A stretch of DNA of 64,000 nucleotides, from IMG/VR virus record IMGVR_UViG_3300044732_000293, positions 1-64,000 of that record; one strand, written 5' to 3'. Positions 61,101 through 64,000 of this stretch are shown in pieces; positions within the stretch are counted from its first letter, which is position 1, and every line of letters starts with the position of its first letter. Source of the DNA: a virus. The position numbers and the translations under genes were made by a program. The notes below the pieces were generated by a model. That model saw only the letters and a list, made by a program, of their open reading frames with translations, did no database searches and was not told where the DNA came from.

Positions 61101-61494
61101 GTACAGTGACGCTGGAAATAGTGCGGGTGTAGTTTTAAAAGCTGTAGGAAAGAACTGGACAGATGCCACTTATGATTCTAACATTAGTTTTATAAACCAA
61201 TCATTAGATGTTATTGGTGCTCATTTAAGTAATGGTTTCCAAGTAGCATTCCCTGAGTTTGGTTTAAACTTAACTAAGGTTAAAGAGGAATCAGTAGATT
61301 TTTTAACTAAGTCTGCTCCTAAAACGTTTGACTATTTGGCTACAGAGTTATATAAAAGATTTGGATACGTTCATCCTGGAGCTGAGCAAATGCTAGGCTT
61401 TAGAAAAGAGTTCCAATCCAATCAACCTATATCAGACCAAGAGATTGATGCTGCTATTAATAAGAAATTTGAAGATTCTAAAAACTGTAATTAA
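52135..61494 (+). CDS. Virion-encapsidated DNA-dependent RNA polymerase (crAss-like, single chain) with an upstream zincin-like domain, 3119 aa
   Basis: Catalytic GSDFDIDKL (DFDID at 58591-58605) preceded by VRIPVQGLNSM; DAQG and HEGWH (54142-54156) motifs. Matches the phi14:2/crAss-type vRNAP signature. Confidence 0.92.
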   Translation: MACRLSDEQVEALYTTVLGDIVATKNSGGIYNPDTAIRTLYQTLMAAGADQTNALDYIQHVPRMINAAYGSLEEIADYLQDSNVSIDNLNKMRRDFKDINNVMSFLDLNNNTIEIIEEIVEDSNPSTPVVPTDVYTEIENSDVEKKQKLYNNRSFIAAPETALAVFNQEAQDYDGAVAEDNIADPDPKKKTYYAVVRKINALMNLLNASTANNLKMGTTTGIFMNLVKASSIDEADLYVSDTKFINQSEENRAYHNDSALALVYTDKNGKVLYFDEEGNITSKEAGGKLVYGKIRNVYSDARTGNKYVPRVQTVERKVEKGMGTQEELQAERQKEIDVLEGARKFLKENPTGSLMFSITPGRNGYVNEDFSTINTIGSIQLPDGFKPTVAKEDTGIYKSGGVYFHVPGYSLPILVRRPKFSQLNNNLAENLADLLFDNTNNKQSNAEKIAIVKQFTYSNDTKVFDRDGKIFVKQGEQELDTTVAANREAFLQNLNGQVVNINKDLVNGYVDMPVNLDGSVQVQKELYNNFLTSNFYTHLAKNAEGKVVSMNAYNNIFPTVESQTKLFGETKTTKTAPVSLTEATPTDNKISPLAELLKNTDFSLKKSILENSDATEEQIEKARAWYTSSPLAKVVPFETMFHVVNSNALATFTLSGITLFQGSNYTDLYHEGWHAFSQLFLTRDQKVDLYNETRKLTGSFKTADGRTIKFSAASDIQLEEFLAEDYRKYGMADGKYIVAGRGTRNTLFRRILNFLKAVFKGYSIKDAISEATAIPKIGELYEKLYIGNINDYSASLNNVQFKILNKGAQPLDDKNIDGGLNYQDSMTLVETIDSLMASTLQDYGVNLGVLFTNPEFTAPLYAEIKNKLENMLNAPDLSESSKRILNFALNEWGDYTAVSKGEQELGVIAFHKKRSSYLTFDEKYSDLTGAEQDINENAADVVKDEDNQLSITENEARESFGANAFERKGNELSVRELASNQTVYLIKSLPALDKNGKVEMNALGVPKLTDFNRTWGVVINTVQGAIDEVDMYRKLSEASTRFPELKALVERLGDPMEKTQTSDWPAMNMWINFHRDFSVYRVPVREVRIVKSEIPGEEGSTFSVEFTETNPTFKQVENTFKSQFDAVRNNKYVRNTPQGNQLNIESILNDFPKSTLMSGTSKLNSEQAIKFLKAIGLYMTDNQAVRESLNENYTAVTYLHSALSRINYFNSSKEAGSKITINSPIDFLRNELKNVTTKDSKGNTTLLHKGESSNIEKLLNIEGTNSGKYSNNSVENVNGDSIFDLSLNNTVTKQFAELNAAGKNYNDVVGKPHMAHLNFRNNPAAKYSIWMNSMFHIPTGNFETANMNQRRVGKTNAETVTIDIVNLDGIKEVVSNEAKAQFRVNGIKTTSADPATKFIMDLHTMLMRGVIEAPRHASKSTAYGYSVSLLNTPFNAKSRHLYISSEYFADDAVANNATVAMLKPKIAAEMERIAMLRAGMLPNIPGFNERGQTFTMFDDILSDGLKADLIEMANADDSLVLLEDAELSKRISNDISKYINRLTQENLDVFGEMPFISKDILRGGARGSAKSIVSLIGAGANLTDAQLKTIALKSFTVNALIHNMESMAMVYGDLAMYNHNKEEFHKRNASIGSTGRIFASGQATTNFVNNLGRAYAKKIGATERTFDGSINSVIFKDNNVESVYYNEYLDALVAKGYTKEQAASVLKPYSEMNEGDAQGWVTFDSYRMFSILEGAWSEKQNDLYNKIINEEEVDPKEISEFFPTKKFQYAGPVKSDKLHLQAFHKFSLVPLIPSLIKGTNMQTVHDNLVKQQVDYALFESGSKLATITKDGQYDDLYDNKEERTTKPWNQGDAEYTTNKVFIQYLKDQVDIQSTWKNKTVFSTQLRKLIINDLFKQGIATSKDFNKLVTDFEGLLDDLQTKKKNELLAEAGWTQDKKGNYNGSVKSLMDFVERELARQELPEHDVDFVRESSDINSIKRDLSFSLNAEKIEKLLNSIVIKRLVRQKMNGEQLVQVSGAGFESSTKLTNPTEEDIKNYRGTNDLPTYRPGKGKNGKTSAMKVKIAMKGDYYKLLELKHTDGEKIGTRERLNEVLKNDEWLDKNDNRKLITMVGVRIPVQGLNSMEFMEVYEFLPEEAGSIVIPPAEIVAKSGSDFDIDKLTIFQPNYSKNSKQAKYSTNDNVKGTENKIIEKIREILEHPDNFEALIRPNNTDIVKGVADNLASKNVQGYNPLANKTRETANKISPTRTLEPRYNLYKHESNNIGKKTLGIGAVDNAYSSIFKRIGARLETQYTHYPIDFETGEYKRDKKTGKIVQQVRPINIRMKHNSMTVGGKSYISLSDINTVSGEKISDLISQLMNGWVDIEKDAWIFNINGNNVAGPVLLFMIESGVDFKTAAHFISQPLIVDYIKQRAASNSPFFEASGKGENKGKGLNKFNIKKQFILDNFEDDLPINKSTGEPIVSNDGIYKIINKYNEGVEYTSDNLLGVIENKDTTSSMAKAALLHFFELEDLMSQLTNIKLTVNLDTAPSKSLFSAQERLSKISKLNIVDAVPADMVRKILNESPIKSFLVQDFQLKLWEPLMKLRGDANINSFLINKIATKSYTNSFDDAEKYVATFKNDLPLYLLQNHLKGMDITKITEYKGLLIDNAIPVQNVQIKNGAYVKEGVMYVDIDQIKSDFASMAYTDKGTYKESGLATLPAQAFKMGETSANFQEYSNYVLEREYLRSILPVRDKESRESYENRLRDRALERTFNFYTMLKSDNSIADEFNRIKSKYPELEKDYMIFDQLGYSPGSKFDMNKLKTLKLKSSKLDADMANVLHENLQRLADPATIKVTNPVANAEISKFFSRMIISEYLRAGISKTNDSIAMILPSESLMKLLEEPMSKLTKEGLTDEFLEKYSNLFDSNWSKSATAVRNRFRNYIQTTKPTIQEPITEATAVTPITPSIASFKNKFAKSELEPILNANKNTIFVYPVNENGTGDNIAKVYSDAGNSAGVVLKAVGKNWTDATYDSNISFINQSLDVIGAHLSNGFQVAFPEFGLNLTKVKEESVDFLTKSAPKTFDYLATELYKRFGYVHPGAEQMLGFRKEFQSNQPISDQEIDAAINKKFEDSKNCN

Positions 61495-61500
61495 TAAAAT

Positions 61501-64000
61501 ATGGCTTGTAGTATAATCCGTAATAAAGAAACTAATCAACTTGAACAAGTATTGGCTCCTAATGGTAAGGAGTCTTTACTATTTAACGGTATTTTAGATA
61601 TTCAATATGATCCTGAGCAATCTTTAAGATTGTGGGCTCAAGTGTATACTGATTCTTTTAAGAAAGAAAAAGGTGATTGGGAAACAAACAAGGAAGAGTC
61701 AGGTGTACAGTTAGATCAAAATGGTGAACCTCTTATCCAATATATCACTGGACTAAATGAGGTGCCCCCTACAGATACAGAAGATTTTAATAAAGCTCCA
61801 AGTATTGAGAGTCAAAAGAAGACCATTGGTAATAACATTGCAGCTGAACTTGCCTTTACAATATCTAATAACTTAAATATTCCTTATAGTAATATTACTG
61901 CTAATGAAGCACGTGAAATAACTGAAGCTGCTAAAAACCCATGGAATGGTGAACCAGCTTTCTTCTTTGGAGGTAAAGTGTTCTTTGTACAAGATGGCTT
62001 TACAACTGATAGTGTATTACATGAATTCTCTCACCCACTAATAGCTGCAGTGTTTACTCAGAATAAAGACTTGTTTAATAAGTTATATTCTGACATCTTA
62101 ATGACTGAAGAGGGTAAAGCTATTTTAGAACAAGTTAAAGCTCTATATCCTGAGCTAGTAGAAGACGATACTCACTTTCAGCAAGAGATTCTTACTAGAG
62201 GATTGGCTAAAGAAGCTGAGAATGAAACTAATCAGATCAAGAACTCTAAGTCTTTTACAGACTTTATCAATAAGATGATCTTTGCTTTTAAACAAGCTTT
62301 ACGTAAGATCTTTGGAAAAGATGTAAAGATTGAAAAGCTTTCTACCAAAACCAATCTTTCTGAGTTAGCAGATATGCTAAGAAATGATCAGTTCAATATA
62401 AACACTGAGATATTTACAGAAGAAGATATGGTGGACTACCTGCGTGATATCTCTAACTTTACTAAAGAGTTGATGGCCGTAGAACAAAGTGAAATGGCTA
62501 TGGCTTCTAAAAGATTCTATAGCGTAGTTAGTAGTCAGATAAGACGTATTAGAGAAAATGGCAACTATAGTGAAGCCCGCAAGTTTTTAGTAGATGAGTA
62601 CACTAAACGTGGTGATCTTCAAGAACTTAAAGACACTCTTTCTAGTGCAGATATTGATAAATTACTAGATGAAATGTATGAAGATGTGCAAGCTCGTGAA
62701 AAAGCTGTACAAAGTTTTGTACATGCAACTCATCAATTAGATAAAGTTGCAAATAAAATTTATAGTCATATACAAGAGTTAGCTACTAAAGGTGATTCTC
62801 AAGAAGTTATTAAAGATATTTTTTATTATGACTTGTTAATGAGAAACTGGAGTACATTTATAGATCAAACTATAGATGGTCTTAGTGATGCTGGACTTCC
62901 TCCTAGTTCTGACTTTTCAAAATTAGCTTCAAGTATTAAAAATACAATTGATCAAAGTAGTAGAGCTATTAGTAAGATCTATGCTAATGCTCTTGATGGT
63001 GTAATGCTTGAGCACTTAAAACCGCTAGCTGAGGAAATAGATAGATACTATTCAGATATTATTAAACAGCTTACCGATACTAATCAGAAACAATCTGAGA
63101 TTGATAGAGTCCAAAAGAAGTGGGATGCTCATAAGTTAACTAAAGAAAGAGTTAATGATTTACTTACAGGTAATGCTAAAGATACTAATATTTTTTCCGC
63201 TTTTCTTGAATCATATACTAATAGTCCTGACCCTATAGTTGGTGGATTTGCTATGTTCTTAAAATCTTCTTACAATGATGTGGATGCTGAAATGCTTCGT
63301 TTAAGTAATGAAATGTCTACGGAGTTAGGTCCTTTATTAGATGCTGCTGGTTATAGTAATACAAACTTTGCTAAACTAATGAAAGAATTAGTTTATGAAG
63401 AAAATAAACCTTATCTAGATTCAAAAGATGGTTTAATGAAGACTAGAAAAGTTTTTGCTTTTAAGTCTCAATTTAAAGATCATTTAGTACAAGTTGCTAA
63501 TTTGCAACATGATTATAATTTAGCAGTAGCATCTGGTGATCAAGCTTTAGCTGATCAAAAGATTAAAGAAATTAGACAGCATAAAAGAGATTACTTCCAC
63601 CAAGAATACCTTGATGAGTATTATAACCGTGAGCAAATATATGATTCTGAAGAAGGTAAAGAAGCTTATAGAAGAAAACATGAGCTTTTAAATGAGATTA
63701 AAAATCTTACAGACCAAGAATATGACGTTGAGCATCTTCAAGAAATCTTATCTCAGAAGAAAATTTTATGGAGACAGTATTCTCAATTAGCTTCTTTAAC
63801 AGATGAGAACGGTAATCCTAAAGTTGGACGTGATCTTGAGATAGCTAAAATAGAACGTCAATATAGAAAAGAATCTAAAAAGTTCTTTGAATGGCTTCCT
63901 ACTAATAAGTTTGAATCCACATTAAGAAGAATGGAACAAGACTTGGTAGACCAAGGTATTGCTCCAGATAGTCAAGAGTTTAAGATAGCTAGAGATAAAT
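61501..64000 (+). CDS. Giant cargo protein, partial (more than 833 aa), with zincin-like HEFSH motif
   Basis: Manually translated: MACSIIRNKETNQLEQVLAPNGKESLLF...LDQNGEP...DSVLHEFSHPL (62020-62034). No stop before the window end, so it is absent from the ORF track. Confidence 0.85.
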   Translation, partial: MACSIIRNKETNQLEQVLAPNGKESLLFNGILDIQYDPEQSLRLWAQVYTDSFKKEKGDWETNKEESGVQLDQNGEPLIQYITGLNEVPPTDTEDFNKAPSIESQKKTIGNNIAAELAFTISNNLNIPYSNITANEAREITEAAKNPWNGEPAFFFGGKVFFVQDGFTTDSVLHEFSHPLIAAVFTQNKDLFNKLYSDILMTEEGKAILEQVKALYPELVEDDTHFQQEILTRGLAKEAENETNQIKNSKSFTDFINKMIFAFKQALRKIFGKDVKIEKLSTKTNLSELADMLRNDQFNINTEIFTEEDMVDYLRDISNFTKELMAVEQSEMAMASKRFYSVVSSQIRRIRENGNYSEARKFLVDEYTKRGDLQELKDTLSSADIDKLLDEMYEDVQAREKAVQSFVHATHQLDKVANKIYSHIQELATKGDSQEVIKDIFYYDLLMRNWSTFIDQTIDGLSDAGLPPSSDFSKLASSIKNTIDQSSRAISKIYANALDGVMLEHLKPLAEEIDRYYSDIIKQLTDTNQKQSEIDRVQKKWDAHKLTKERVNDLLTGNAKDTNIFSAFLESYTNSPDPIVGGFAMFLKSSYNDVDAEMLRLSNEMSTELGPLLDAAGYSNTNFAKLMKELVYEENKPYLDSKDGLMKTRKVFAFKSQFKDHLVQVANLQHDYNLAVASGDQALADQKIKEIRQHKRDYFHQEYLDEYYNREQIYDSEEGKEAYRRKHELLNEIKNLTDQEYDVEHLQEILSQKKILWRQYSQLASLTDENGNPKVGRDLEIAKIERQYRKESKKFFEWLPTNKFESTLRRMEQDLVDQGIAPDSQEFKIARDK

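Noticed and set aside
1344-61169. All minus-strand ORFs and the short nested + strand ORFs in the track (e.g. 51568-52119, 51040-51420, 10150-10602)
   Set aside because: They lie inside or largely overlap long, motif-bearing + strand genes and show antisense-shadow composition with no recognisable motifs.
52135-61494. Intein or intron in the vRNAP (prompted by the terminal ...CN and Cys3)
   Set aside because: No Hint-domain blocks, LAGLIDADG motifs or internal C...HN/C junctions were seen, and the frame is uninterrupted.
1-64000. Stop-codon reassignment (TAG or TGA recoding), known in some crAss-like phages
   Set aside because: Genes are full length and tightly packed under the standard code. 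TAG (15574, 24685) and TGA (38676) end genes at sensible boundaries, and no long gene is broken by in-frame TAG or TGA.
1-64000. tRNA, rRNA, integrase or lysis genes
   Set aside because: Intergenic gaps are short and none shows a cloverleaf. No recognisable integrase, endolysin or holin motifs were seen, although small unrecognised ones cannot be excluded.

Overview
A 64-kb, AT-rich, entirely + strand segment of a crAss-like (Crassvirales-type, podovirus-like) phage. It probably infects Bacteroidota, as judged by TAnnTTTG promoter boxes and A-rich leaders without Shine-Dalgarno sites. Gene order: end of a probable capsid-region gene; small head/tail proteins; three long tail fibres with C-terminal S74-type chaperones and their tip adhesins; a block of Cys-rich/FnIII-like structural proteins; a metallophosphoesterase; an HU/IHF-like protein; ring/tubular proteins and the muzzle (tail stabilisation) protein; then the ejected cargo proteins, including a 3119-aa virion RNA polymerase (DFDID motif) and a further giant ORF that runs off the window. 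Four observations stand out. (1) The three giant cargo proteins are Cys-free except for single cysteines at adjoining termini, suggesting a head-to-tail disulfide chain in gene order. (2) A 7-gene cassette inside the fibre locus encodes two Kelch-like propellers, an outer-membrane beta-barrel, a U32 Fe-S enzyme fused to a SAM methyltransferase and a DUF401-like permease. (3) One cargo protein is built from mini-modules punctuated by x-x-x-G-G motifs. (4) A recurrent promoter-like box is associated with palindromic AAAC-N7-GTTT boxes. All product calls come from motif recognition by eye; no database searches were run.
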